Assembly (NCBI RefSeq): GCF_004010195.1
Contig: NC_057719.1
Span: forward strand, 12,404,137 to 12,438,335
Direction of reading: 5' to 3'
Length of the DNA stretch: 34,199 nt
From: Chiloscyllium plagiosum
Lineage: Eukaryota
Part shown: positions 21,531 to 33,063 of the stretch, in pieces
How the letters are laid out: every line of letters starts with the position of its first letter
Numbering within the stretch: the first letter of the stretch is position 1
Notes under the pieces: generated by a model
What the model was told of the DNA's origin: nothing
The model's database searches: none
Seen by the model: only the letters and a program-made list of their open reading frames with translations
Made by a program: the position numbers and the translations under genes

Positions 21531-21870
21531 ATCAGAGTGGTGGTGGAAAAGCACAGCAGGTCAGGTAGCATCCGAGGAGCAGGAAAATCGGGCAAAAGCC
21601 ATTCATCAGGAATTGAGGCAGGGAGCCTCCAGGGAGGAGAGATAAATGGAACGGGGGGAGGGACTGTGGAGAAGGTTGAAAAGAGTATATGAGGTGAATG
21701 GGGATGGGGATGGAGTTGATAGAACAGAGAGGAGGTTGGGGGAATTTAGCAAAAAATACATTTTTTGGACGTGTGTATGAAGGACATAGATCAGAGGGGG
21801 GTGGAGCGGATAGGTGGGAAGGGAGATCGGCAGATAGGGCAGGCTAGGAGGAGAGTGCTAAGCTGGAAGT
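21531..21870 (-). mobile_element. Longer Penelope-like 3' UTR/pseudo-LTR fragment; probable parent of the hairpin family
   Basis: Arm GGAAAAGCACAGCAGGTCAGG matches 11810-11830. The - strand core CTGATGAATGGCTTTTGCCCG lacks AAACGTCG. It continues into about 250 nt that is G-rich on the + strand. Confidence 0.7.
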
Positions 21871-22321
21871 TTACAGAGAAATCTCAAAATCATATGCGTA
21901 TAATGACGAAATTAAATGAGACATGAATGAAATGCACTGAAAAATGTCCAGTTGCTCTTTCGGCATCTATGTTTTCAAACATCGATGAGATTGGAAAAGC
22001 ACTGAGACCATATCTCCTACCACCAAATAAGAGTCTTCCAGTGACCTGACAGTGGCAGAAACAATAACGCTATGACACACTATTTTTCACAAAGCTAGCC
22101 CATATTTTTCTTCTAAAAGCTGTTCATTATCTGAACGGTACTCTGTCCCTTTTTTCAGATTGTCAATAAACCAGCTGAGAGTGATTTAGAGAGGCTTTTT
22201 GATTATATGTAGACAGTTGAGATATGAGTTCAAAGTGGTCATGTTGTAGAAATGACCAATGGAATGAAAGTGGAGTGGTCAGGTCTCTAACTGAGCAGTT
22301 TAATTCAGTCCAGAACTTGTT

Positions 22322-22937
22322 TGGAAAGATGTTGTGAAACTTGAAAGGGTTCAGAAAAGATTTAGAAGGATGTTGCCAGGGTTGGAGGATCTGAGCTACA
22401 GGGAGAGGCTGAGCAGGCTGGGGCTGTTTTCCCTGGACCATCGGAGGCTAAGGGGTGATCTTACAAAATTATGAGGGGCATGGATGCGATAAATAGACAA
22501 AGTCTTTTCCCTGGGGTCAGGGAGTCCAGAACTAGAGGGCATAGGTTTAGGGTGAGAGGGGAAAGATATAAAAGGGACCTAAGGGGCAACTTTTTCACAC
22601 AGAGGGTGGTTTGTGTATGGAATGAGCTGCCAGAGGAAGTGGTGGAGGCTGGTACAATTATAACATTTAAATGGCATTGGATGGGTATATGAATAGGGAG
22701 GAAGTTTCTGAAGAAGGGCTCATGCTCGAAACGGCGATTCTCCTGCTCCTTGGATGCTGCCTGACCTGCTGTGCTTTTCCAGCAACACATTTTCAGCTGG
22801 GTATATGAATAGGAAGGGTTTGGAGGGATATGGGCCGGGTGCTGGCAGGTGGGACTAGATTGGGTTGGGATATCTGGTCGGCGTGGACAGGTTAGACCGA
22901 AGGGTCTGTTTCCATGCTGTACATCTCTATGACTCTA
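22322..22937 (+). mobile_element. Young CR1 (HER1-like) 3' end, interrupted at 22698-22797
   Basis: ORF 22471-22692 reads RTRGHRFRVRGERYKRDLRGNFFTQRVVCVWNELP. Tail CTCTATGACTCTA. Highly similar to 32556-33063. Confidence 0.92.
22698..22797 (+). mobile_element. Single-arm Penelope-like insertion with 16-bp TSD and near-intact hammerhead
   Basis: TGGGTATATGAATAGG occurs at 22682-22697 and 22798-22813. Core CTGAAGA-A-GGGC-TCAT-GCTC-GAAA-CG-GC, with the cleavage-site U changed to G. Confidence 0.9.
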
Positions 22938-23242
22938 ACAGAAGCAAGGTTGATGCTTTGAGTGGAACCTACACAAAAGGTTTCTCAATGAAAACATATA
23001 GGCACGAAAAGAATTAAAGTTGCAATTTCATTTGCATCAAACTCTTTTGGGTTCCTTGTTCTCATGCAACATACCATAAGAATGATCTCTTGGGGGTTAC
23101 TGGCCCATTATTTCCACATACTTCCCAAAGACCAGCATATGATCAGGAACTTATAATGTGCTGCAAAAAGAACCAGTGTCAGACTCTGCAGACTAAATAC
23201 AAATGTGAAGGATATGCTGTTGTGGAAAGTTTGAGGTACAGT

Positions 23243-23550
23243 TATAGAGATATACAGCACAGAAACTGGCCCTTCAGTCCAACTTGTCTATGCCAGATAT
23301 CCTAAATTAATCTAGTCCAATTTGCCAGCATTTGGCCCATATCCCTCTCAACCCTTCCTATTCATATACTCATGCAGATGCCTTTTAAATGTTGTAATTG
23401 TACAAGCCTCCACCACTTCCGCTGGCAGCTCATTACAATTATGCACCACCCTCTACGTGAAAAAATTGCCCTTCGGTCTATTTTATTTCTTTCACCTCTC
23501 ACCTATGTCCTCTAGTTCTGGACATCCCCATGCCAGGGAAAAGACTTTAC
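23243..23550 (-). mobile_element. CR1 (HER1-like) 3' end
   Basis: Reverse complement of 22500-22937 without the insertion. Confidence 0.9.
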
Positions 23551-23977
23551 ATTGAAAACATTGGCTTGACCTTCAGTTCATCTCTTCTGACCTTATGCTG
23601 AAAAATCACAAGAAATGGCGTTTAACTGTTACATTATTTCACAACTCCTTCTGATTTCACACTACACAATTCCTTCCCATCTCGTATATTTCTTTTGATG
23701 ATTTCAAAGATAAAGTGTGCTATCTAATAGAATACAATGTTAACTGTATTTTGTTTCTCTCAGAAGCCAACCATTTGTTTTCTTACACCAAGGGGTATCT
23801 GACCTCAGTCAGATGGGTGCATGGAGGCATGATATGGGACTACCCTGAATGGCAAAAACAATGTTGAAAATTTGGGAAATAGTACTACAAACCACTTCTT
23901 ATCATTTGTTTCAAGTGTCCATGTAAAGCTACTCACCACCACCCCAAATATCATCCTCCCAGCAAAATATTTATTTA

Positions 23978-25285
23978 GAGTCAGAGAGTGATCGAGATGT
24001 ACAGCATTCCAACAGTAGCCTAACCAATGTCNNNNNNNNNNNNNNNNNNNNNNNNNNNNNNNNNNNNNNNNNNNNNNNNNNNNNNNNNNNNNNNNNNNNN
24101 NNNNNNNNNNNNNNNNNNNNNNNNNNNNNNNNNNNNNNNNNNNNNNNNNNNNNNNNNNNNNNNNNNNNNNNNNNNNNNNNNNNNNNNNNNNNNNNNNNNN
24201 NNNNNNNNNNNNNNNNNNNNNNNNNNNNNNNNNNNNNNNNNNNNNNNNNNNNNNNNNNNNNNNNNNNNNNNNNNNNNNNNNNNNNNNNNNNNNNNNNNNN
24301 NNNNNNNNNNNNNNNNNNNNNNNNNNNNNNNNNNNNNNNNNNNNNNNNNNNNNNNNNNNNNNNNNNNNNNNNNNNNNNNNNNNNNNNNNNNNNNNNNNNN
24401 NNNNNNNNNNNNNNNNNNNNNNNNNNNNNNNNNNNNNNNNNNNNNNNNNNNNNNNNNNNNNNNNNNNNNNNNNNNNNNNNNNNNNNNNNNNNNNNNNNNN
24501 NNNNNNNNNNNNNNNNNNNNNNNNNNNNNNNNNNNNNNNNNNNNNNNNNNNNNNNNNNNNNNNNNNNNNNNNNNNNNNNNNNNNNNNNNNNNNNNNNNNN
24601 NNNNNNNNNNNNNNNNNNNNNNNNNNNNNNNNNNNNNNNNNNNNNNNNNNNNNNNNNNNNNNNNNNNNNNNNNNNNNNNNNNNNNNNNNNNNNNNNNNNN
24701 NNNNNNNNNNNNNNNNNNNNNNNNNNNNNNNNNNNNNNNNNNNNNNNNNNNNNNNNNNNNNNNNNNNNNNNNNNNNNNNNNNNNNNNNNNNNNNNNNNNN
24801 NNNNNNNNNNNNNNNNNNNNNNNNNNNNNNNNNNNNNNNNNNNNNNNNNNNNNNNNNNNNNNNNNNNNNNNNNNNNNNNNNNNNNNNNNNNNNNNNNNNN
24901 NNNNNNNNNNNNNNNNNNNNNNNNNNNNNNNNNNNNNNNNNNNNNNNNNNNNNNNNNNGTCTATATCTTCCATATCCTTTTCCACAGTAAATACTGATGC
25001 AAAATACTGATTTAGTATCTCCCCCATTTTCTGCGGCTCCACACAAAGGTCATTTTGCTGATCTTTGAGGGGCCCTATTCCCTACCTAGTTACCCTTTTG
25101 CCCTTAATGTGTTTGTAAAAACTCTTTGGATTCTCCTTAATTCTATTTGCCAAATCTCATGTCCCCCTCCTGATTTTCCTCTTAAATATACTCCTACTTC
25201 CTTTATACTCTAAGGATTCACTCGATCTAGCCTGTCTATACCTTACATATGCTTCCTTCTTTTTCTTAACCAAACCCTCAATTTC
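23978..25285 (-). mobile_element. CR1 ORF2 copy spanning the assembly gap
   Basis: The right flank reads MGEILNQYFASVFTVEKDMEDID. The left flank reads TLVRLLLECC and is fused to a CR1 tail remnant. Confidence 0.8.
24032..24958. other. Assembly gap (927 N)
   Basis: Run of N. Confidence 1.
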
Positions 25286-25376
25286 TTTACAATTTGACGA
25301 GTAATTCATAATTAAGTTATTTGCCAGAGTTTTGTAATAGCCCATTATCTCTAGTATGTGCAACAAAACATTCTAC

Positions 25377-25531
25377 CTGTCTTCACTGTCAAAGCTGTTG
25401 TCTTCTTCATCTGATATTGTAAGAGGGATAGATGCTGTATTTCTTCCTTTATCCTCCACAAATTCTTCATCCACGCCAGCTTGCCGCAATGTTTCACGGT
25501 ACCGTCTCTCAGCTACGGATGTAGCATTTTT
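25377..25531 (-). CDS. FAM161B: FAM161B coding exon (155 nt, phase 0-2)
   Basis: Acceptor GGTTTTAG, donor GTAGAA. Translates KNATSVAERRYRETLRQAGVDEEFVEDKGRNTASIPLTISDEEDNSFDSED, compared with recalled human AEQWYLDTLKQAGLEEDFVRNKG. Confidence 0.92.
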
Positions 25532-25721
25532 CTAAAACCAAAAAAACACAGTGCTGAGGAGAGATCTATGTTGCACACTTCCATGTGAGGGTGTTAAACT
25601 TAAATAATTTTCAACCTTCTGCTTAATTATCTCTCGTTTCCTTGTTTAATAGTTATAATATCTACGGCAGGTGATGATCACCTCTGTATATTTCACTCAA
25701 GTGATCATTTTCGTAATGTCC

Positions 25722-25852
25722 TCTTGACAGGTTATTGATCTGAAACGTTAATTATTTGTTTTCCACAAATGGTGTCTGATCTTTTGAGTGTCTCTAGCAC
25801 TGTCTGTCTTTTACTGCAGATTTCCAACATCTACAGTATTTTGCTTTTATAT
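25722..25852 (+). mobile_element. Old Penelope-like arm remnant in a short FAM161B intron
   Basis: AGGTTATTGATCTGAAACGTTAA (decayed hammerhead) ... CAGATTTCCAACATCTACAGTATTTTGCTTTT. Confidence 0.55.
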
Positions 25853-25896
25853 TTGTAGCTTTGAGTTTTACTACTTGCAATCATTTACGTGCTCAC

Positions 25897-25996
25897 CTGA
25901 GTGACTTGTTCAAAGAGGAATGGTCTGCTACGGACTCGTCTCTTCATCTCTTCCATTTCCTTCATGTATTCTTTCTTCCGCTTGAAATCTCGCTGT
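25897..25996 (-). CDS. FAM161B: FAM161B coding exon (100 nt, phase 2-0)
   Basis: Acceptor GCTTCAG, donor GTGAGC. Translates (R)QRDFKRKKEYMKEMEEMKRRVRSRPFLFEQVTQ. EY..E.EEMK.R...RP.LFEQV is the FAM161 (UPF0564) C-terminal motif. Confidence 0.95.
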
Positions 25997-26261
25997 CTGA
26001 AGCAACAATTGATCAGTTAGAATTTATGAACACAGAGGTTTCACAAATCACAAGGGACAAAAAAGAACATCTTTGGTTTTAGGTCACAGCAGAATGCAAT
26101 ATTGCCAACTGATCTCTTACATGCAATTGAACATGGCTATAAATAATGTGCCATCTTATCGTTAGATATACATAGCAGATAACAAATTTTATTATATTAT
26201 TGCTATTACAACACATTCTCATTTCTGTATAGAAAAGTGGCACAGTAAGAACTGAACAGAC

Positions 26262-26429
26262 CTATACTGCTTCAATGTTTTTTTGTAGGTCTCTGCCAAG
26301 CTTTGATGAGGGTCCATAGCTTTAGCCCGTGTCAATAAAGTTTTGCTCATGCCTTTGGTATTCATCTTGTACTTCTCCATCCATTGAGCTTTCTCGAGCG
26401 CTTGTTTGTCCCGTTCTTCTAGAGATTTT
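26262..26429 (-). CDS. FAM161B: FAM161B coding exon (168 nt, phase 2-2)
   Basis: Acceptor TCCCATAG, donor GTCTGT. Translates KSLEERDKQALEKAQWMEKYKMNTKGMSKTLLTRAKAMDPHQSLAETYKKTLKQY. RAKAMDPH and adjacency to ZNF410 favour FAM161B over FAM161A. Confidence 0.93.
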
Positions 26430-26625
26430 CTATGGGATAAAATCAGATTAATTTGTTAAAATGGCACAACATAGCAATGCTTAAAGTGATTCTCCTAACT
26501 CAAAAAAATGTACGTATCTTTCTGTTCTTTCTACCAGGCTTCTTCCTTGCTAGTCTGAACAGATCTTTGCACATGATTTTTTTCTCCAGTCTTCAGTTAG
26601 TCTCCATTGGGCAGGGTCAGAGAGA

Positions 26626-27513
26626 TTATACATTTGCAGTGATCTGGGCTACCACACTCCTACTGGCCCACAATACTGCTGACAAAGCATTTTCCTCATT
26701 TCCATTCTTTCTTGCCTCCCTTTAATTCTGAAGCTTCCTGGTGCCAGCAAAACTGGCTTAAAGATAATAGGATTATTAAAATGGAGGCACGCATCTGTTT
26801 AAAAGGGGTGTTACCAACTGAGTCTCTGAGACTCAAACCTTTGGTTGTGTGCCTCCATAAAAACCACAGGTTGACAGGACCTTGTCAGGTTTTAATTTCT
26901 TTGTAGTTAGCTTTGCACATCTCCCAAATGCAATTCTCCCTGCCTGGCCTTGGTACCTGAGGGAATTATCCAACTCTCTCTGCCATCTCTTGGTGTCTGA
27001 GGCACAAATTCCAACTCCACCTCCTTGCTGCTCACTCAGTCCATAAAACCGGTGTCCTGTTTGACTGAGTTATACATTTGCAGTGATCTGGGCTACCACA
27101 CTCCTACTGGCCCACAATACTGCTGACAAAGCATTTTCCTCATTTCCATTCTTTCTTGCCTCCCTTTAGTTCTGAAGCTTCCTGGTGCCAGCAAAACTGG
27201 CTTAAAGATAATAGGATTATTAAAATGGAGGCACACATCTGTTTAAAAGGGGTGTTACCAACTGAGTCTCTGAGACTCAAACTTTTGGTTGTGTGCCTCC
27301 ATAAAAACCACAGGTTGACAGGACCTTGTCAGGTTTCAATTTCTTTGTAGTTAGCTTTGCACATCTCCCAAATGCAATTCTCCCTGCCTGGCCTTGGTAC
27401 CTGAGGGAATTATCCAACTCTCTCTGCCATCTCTTGGTGTCTGAGGCATAAATTCCAACTCCACCTCCTTGCTGCTCACTCAGTCCATAAAACCGGTGTC
27501 CTGTTTGACTGAG
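26626..27513. repeat. Direct tandem duplication, 2 x 444 bp
   Basis: 26626-27069 versus 27070-27513: 5 substitutions by eye and no indels. Confidence 0.97.
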
Positions 27514-29349
27514 TAAAATGGAGCTTCAAATGCAATATCTGAAGCAGTACCTCTATTACTTTGCCTATTTTGCTAACACAGCCACTATCACAGAAAGTGC
27601 CAATCAGGTCTTTGGAAACTTCAGCCTCAATTTCTTCAGTGCCTCCTCATCTTCATTCAATTTGTAGAATTTCAATGCATTTATTGCCTTGCTAATTGTA
27701 TGTTATAATTTCCCAAGTTCCTATCATTCTTGTCCTTGCAAACCTCTAGTGACTCACTGATTTTAACATCATTGTTTATATTTTACATGGTTACTCATCA
27801 ATTTCTTTACCTCTATTCTCAGCACATGCCATTCTTTTGATGGTGGTCTATTGTTTGTTACTACTCCTCATGGTCCACCCTCAGTAAATAGAAACTTCTG
27901 GCATCATGTTTCTGCTATCGACCTTTATTCCTAAATTCCTCCATTTCCCATTCCACCTTCAAAATCCTCCTCAAAACATAAAGCTTCTACTGTGCTGTTG
28001 GAGGCTACCTTAACAGACCACAAAGCAGGATTTAGGCAAATGGAAAACTGTTATCTAAGCATAAACTGGTTGATGCAAGGAGAGGCCTGAAGGATCTTCC
28101 CTTATTCTCGCCTCAAGGTGAGAAAGCAATTTTTCCCTTAATCTTTGGCTCAGATCAAAACAGTGATCAATGGCACATTCTGATCTTTACAGTAAAGTAC
28201 AGCATATTTATATATTTTGTATTACAATAATCAAATACAGTATAGTCATTGTTCTTCCCCCTTAATTCCATACACCTAATTGTGTAAAATACCTAATCAA
28301 TGATGGGCATTCCCATGGACAACTCCAGGTTCCTAAGATCTTATGGTGTTTATCAGACACTATTATTTCAAGGCTTTGGGATCCTCCAATGCATCCACAT
28401 TCCAAACTTATTGGTTATAGTCCTTCAAATATACTCAGGCTTGCTTATCTCTCTAAGGACTGCTCAAATTCTGTTAGTCATTGTATTTCCCACAGTCCTA
28501 ATCACATATGTAAAAATACAAAAGTTAATTTTAACTACTTGCTATAAGATTTGTAATGTTGATTTCGGTTATAAAGTTAGTTATAAAGTGTAAAGTTATA
28601 CAGCTACTTCTACTGTTAGCACTTTGTAATTAGTGGGCTGTGAACAATCTAGTTTGTTCAGGGCGTAACAGAAGAGGTTTATTAAGACTAATTAACATTC
28701 ACATCTGTGTTTAAGTGGTTTTTTTCCTAATGGTTGTATTATACTTTGGTTATATATGTATCTACCTCTTATGTTGAAAACTACTTCTATGATTATCTGA
28801 AAATATTAACAAATAGGTTCTAGTTAAAAGTTATGAGTAACTTCAAAGAAACAACTAACTACAAAATAACTTTAGCTGTTGTCTTTTCAGCTGCGTAGGG
28901 AGTCAATCTGGCTGGCTCACAGGCTGAGATTCATACCTGATGTTATTTATTCACTGGGATAATCATTGTTTCATTAATGAGGCTAGGATCAATCACTTGT
29001 CTGTATTTAGGCAGCCTCTTATCAAAACTGTTTCAGATGGTTTCTCGTAGGGCCCCCTTCATGACCTTGGAGTAGTCCTGTTCAAAGGTACCATTATGTT
29101 TCACTATGTAACCAGGCAGTTTGGTTTTGCTTATTTTTCGTCATCCTTCGTGTAAGCAGGCATGGGCCATTTTGGTATAAGCAGGTACAGGCCACCCTTA
29201 CAGGGCTTCAATCATCTCCTGGAACATCTCTTTTCTGACTTGGTGTTCTTTAAATTCCTAGTGAGCATGACAGGCCATTTGTTCTATAAAATGTGCTGTG
29301 TACGCATGGTTACAGTTTGTTATCGTACAAATGTAAATTTAAGATGATA

Positions 29350-29740
29350 TCTGAGTTTTTGTTATTGGCAGAGTGTACATTGCACTTGGCTTATTAATAA
29401 ATGTGATCTGTTGTTGGCTGCCATACAAGAGTATGTTATTGTTGAATGTTTCTGAAGTGTAAGCTGTACTTGCCCCTATGATTATTCAGTTGTTATTGGT
29501 AGTAACAGAACTTCAAGTTGCTGGTGTTGGCTGTTACATAAATGTATAAATTGTTGATTTTGGCTGTTGTTAGTTGTTGCTGTAACACAAGGTATTAGTT
29601 GCTATGTAAAAGTAAGTTGTTGGATATTTCACAAGTGTGAGCTATATTTGGCTGCTGTTTAAATGTAGATGTTATTGGCTGGTATACAAGTGAACAACTC
29701 AATGTAGTTGCCCATTGTTTGGTATAATTTGTTGGCTTTC
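29350..29740. repeat. Highly degenerate minisatellite-like tract
   Basis: Recurrent TGTT(G/A)TTGGCTG...ACAAG(T)G words at irregular spacing of roughly 25-55 bp. Confidence 0.5.
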
Positions 29741-30129
29741 TCTCCAAGCTTGTCTTTTCCAGGAAACCTGCTTCCTCAAATCTATTTCAATCAAACTGCT
29801 GACCAACCACTTTTCTTCCTGGCTCATAATAGCTAATATTGTTAGCGGTTTCCTCTTCTCAGGTACTGTCCTACTCTTCTTCAAATCTGCCAGGATCATA
29901 TTTGCTCAAAATAATATTAACCCTTCTTCCCTTTAAACTATTGCAACCATCCTCAAAGCAAGATGAAATAATGTGTATGCTGGAAGTTTGAATTAGAAGC
30001 ACAAAAGGCTGGAAGAACCCAGACTCCTCAATGTGGATTCTTAGTGGTCTTCTCATATTGTTTAGCAATCCACTAAATTGTATTCAAGATGGAAGTTTAC
30101 CAATAACACCTCAGGAGAACATATTCAAT

Positions 30130-31060
30130 CTGGGGAAACACTGGCAGATTAAGTTTAATGTAAGGAAGTGTGAAGTGATTTATTTTGGTAGGAAGCAACG
30201 ATGTAACCAAATTTTAAAGGACTTACAGGTACAAATATTGGAGAATAATTGTGTACACATTTTCAGAGGCACATATAATCCCTGGCTTTATGAATAGAGT
30301 ACCAAATCAAGAAATCTGTACTAAATGCTTTTAAACGTAGGAGCCTGCTCAGAATTTTGTACCAAATTCTCAGCACCATACTGTAGCAGAAGGACACAAC
30401 CTTAGATTGTGCAGAGGAAATACATGAAAATGGTACAAAGGGTGAAATTAGATGGAGAAACCAGGTTTCAGAGTCATTGAGTTACATAGCATAGAATCAG
30501 ACCCTTTAGCCCACCATGTTTTTGCTGACCAACACACACCAAACTGTATTAATCCCATTTATCTGTACCTAACCAATAGCTTACTATGCTCTGGCTTTTT
30601 AAATGCTCATCCAGATGCTTCTTAAATGTTGAGAGAGTATGTGCCTCCACCACCCTCTCAGGCAATATGTTCCATATTTCTACCACCCCCTCGGTGAAAA
30701 AGATTTTTATCGGATCTTCTCGAAACCATTTATAGTTCACCTTAAACTTATATCCTTTGGTCTTAAGACACATCTACCAAGGGGAAAAGATTCTCACAAT
30801 TTACTGTTTGTGCCTCTCTTAATTCTGTGCACCTCAAATCAAAAACCCACTCCACCTCCTCAGACTGTAGCCCGAGACAATCCTGCTATCAACACCAATT
30901 TTCATGTCATCAGCAAATTTACTAATTCTACTTTTTATATTCACACCCTAGTCATTAATGTACACAACAAAGAGTCCTAGCACCAATGCCTGTGCTACAC
31001 CACTGGTCACATGCTTCTAATCACAACAACAACTCTCCACAATCACCCTTTGCCTCCTAT
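30130..31060. mobile_element. Adjacent decayed CR1 fragments (+ about 30130-30465; - about 30470-31060)
   Basis: WQIKFNVRKCEVIYFGRK on +. FFTEGVVEIWNILPERVVEA...FKKHLD on -. Confidence 0.75.
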
Positions 31061-31127
31061 TTAGTTACAGAACTGTATAGTATGGAAACACACCCTTTGG
31101 TCCAACTTTCTCTATCTTATCTTATCT

Positions 31128-31715
31128 TTGAAAGTTGACATTCAGGTGGATATAGCTTGTAAGAAGGCCTATGGTGTATTAGCGTTCATTAGCAGAGGGA
31201 TTGAATTCAAGAGTCGTGAAGTGATGTTGCAGCTGTACAGGACCTTGGTTAGGCCACATTTGGAGTACTGTGTGCAGTTCTGGTCGCCTCACTTTAGGAA
31301 AGATGTGGAAGCTTTGGAGAGGGTGCAGAGAAGATTTACCAGGATGTTGCCTGGAATGGAGAATAGGTCGTACGAGGATAGGTTAAGAGTGCTAGGCCTT
31401 CTCATTGGAATGGTAAAGGATGAGGGGTGACTTGATAGAGGTTTATAAGATGATGAGAGGAATAGATAGAGTAGACAGTCAGAAACTTTTTCCCCGGGTA
31501 CAACAGAGTGTTACAAGGGGACATAAATTTAAGGTGAAGGGTGGAAGGTATAGGGGGGATGTCAGGGGTAGGTTCTTTACCCAGAGTGTGGTGGGGGCAT
31601 GGAATGCGCTGCCTGTGGGAGTGGCAGAGTCAGAATCATTGGTGGTCGCTAAGCAGCAACAGGATAGGTACCTGGATGAGTGCGTAAGCGAGGACACATG
31701 TTCGGCACAACATCG
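31128..31715 (+). mobile_element. Young CR1 ORF2 3' fragment of a second subfamily, followed by (CA)n at about 31722-31736
   Basis: ORF 31128-31430 reads LYRTLVRPHLEYCVQFWSPHFRKDVEALERVQRRFTRMLPG. ORF 31420 reads RGDLIEVYKMMRG...FFTQSVVGAWNALP. Confidence 0.92.
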
Positions 31716-31736
31716 TCGCGCGCACACACACACACA

Positions 31737-32080
31737 TTTCCCCTCTTACCTTAAACGTATGCCCTCTAGTTCTGGATTCCCCCACCCAAGGGAAAGACCT
31801 TGAATATTCACCCTATCCTCATGATCTTATAAACCTCCAGAAGTTTACCCCTCAGCCTTCAACGCTCCAGGGAAAATAGCCCCACACTATTCAGCTGCTC
31901 CCTATAGCTCAAACCCTCCAATCCTGGCAGTGTTCTTGTAAATCTTTTCTGACCCTTTCAAGTTTCACAACATCTTTCCTACAGCAGGGAGACCAGAAAT
32001 GAACACAGTATTCCAAAACTGGCCTAACCAATATCCTGTGCAGCTGCAACACAACCTCCTAACTCCTATACTCAATGCAC
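31737..32080 (-). mobile_element. CR1 (HER1-like) fragment; its tail lies at about 31062-31108, beyond the + copy
   Basis: Reverse complement of 32490-32800. Confidence 0.88.
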
Positions 32081-32334
32081 TATTTGTAAGCTAATTTTGG
32101 ACCATGTTTGTCAACTTGCATTGGATCTCATAGGCTGTTAATTTTTAGGATTTTTAAAATTCCATGCCTTCCAACCTTCCATGTGTGATCTCGTCAAAGG
32201 GCTTTATGACGTTTGTGTAAACCACTTCAACTACATCAGTATAATCAATACACTTGGTCATCTTTTCAAAAACTCAATTACATTTTCTTAACTTAATTAC
32301 TGACCTAAAGGAGAATTTATACAAAATCTCTGGA

Positions 32335-33063
32335 GTATGGTAAGGTCCTAGGGAGTGTTGCTGAACAGAGACCTTCGAGTGCGGGTTCATAACTCCTTGA
32401 AAGTGGAATCGCAGGTAGATAGGATAGTGAAGGCGGCATTTGGTATGCTTTCTTTTATTGGTCAGAGTATTGAATACAGGAGTTGGGAGGTCATGTTGCG
32501 GCTATACAGGACATTGGTTAGGCCACTGTTACAATTCTGGTCTCCTTCCTATCGGAAAGATGTTGCGAAACTTGAAAGGGTTCAGAAAAGATTTACAAGG
32601 AGTTGCCAGGGTTGGAGGATTTGAGCTATGGGGAGCAGCTGAACAGACTGGGGCTGTTTTCCCTGCAGCGTCTGAGGCGGAGGGGTGGCCTTATAGAGGT
32701 TTACAAAATTATGAGGGGCATGGATAGGGTAAATAGGCAAAGTCTTTTCCCTGGAGTCAGAGAGTCCAGAACTAGAGGGCATAGGTTTAGGGTGACAGGG
32801 GAAAGATACACTAAGAGATCCAAGGGGCAACTTTTTCACATAGAGAATGGTACGTGTATGGAGTGAGCTGCTAGAGGAAGTGGTGGAGGCTGGTACAATT
32901 GCAACATTTAAGAGGCATTTGGATGGCTATATGAGTAGGAAGGGCTTGGAGGGATATGGGCTGGGTGCTGGCAGGTGGGACTAGATTGTGTTGAGACATC
33001 TGGTCGGCATGGACGAGTTGGACCAAAGGGTCTGTTTCCATGCTGTACATCTATATGACTCTA
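32335..33063 (+). mobile_element. Young CR1 (HER1-like) 3' end
   Basis: LYRTLVRPLLQFWSPSYRKDVAKLERVQKRFTR and SRTRGHRFRV. Tail CTATATGACTCTA. Confidence 0.92.

Noticed and set aside
23805..25046. Long ORFs of 327-413 aa
   Set aside because: Artefacts of translating through the 927-N gap. The flanks are CR1 ORF2.
26712..27350. Duplicated 64-aa ORFs as paralogous small genes
   Set aside because: They start at TTG, have no recognisable homology and are a by-product of the 444-bp duplication.
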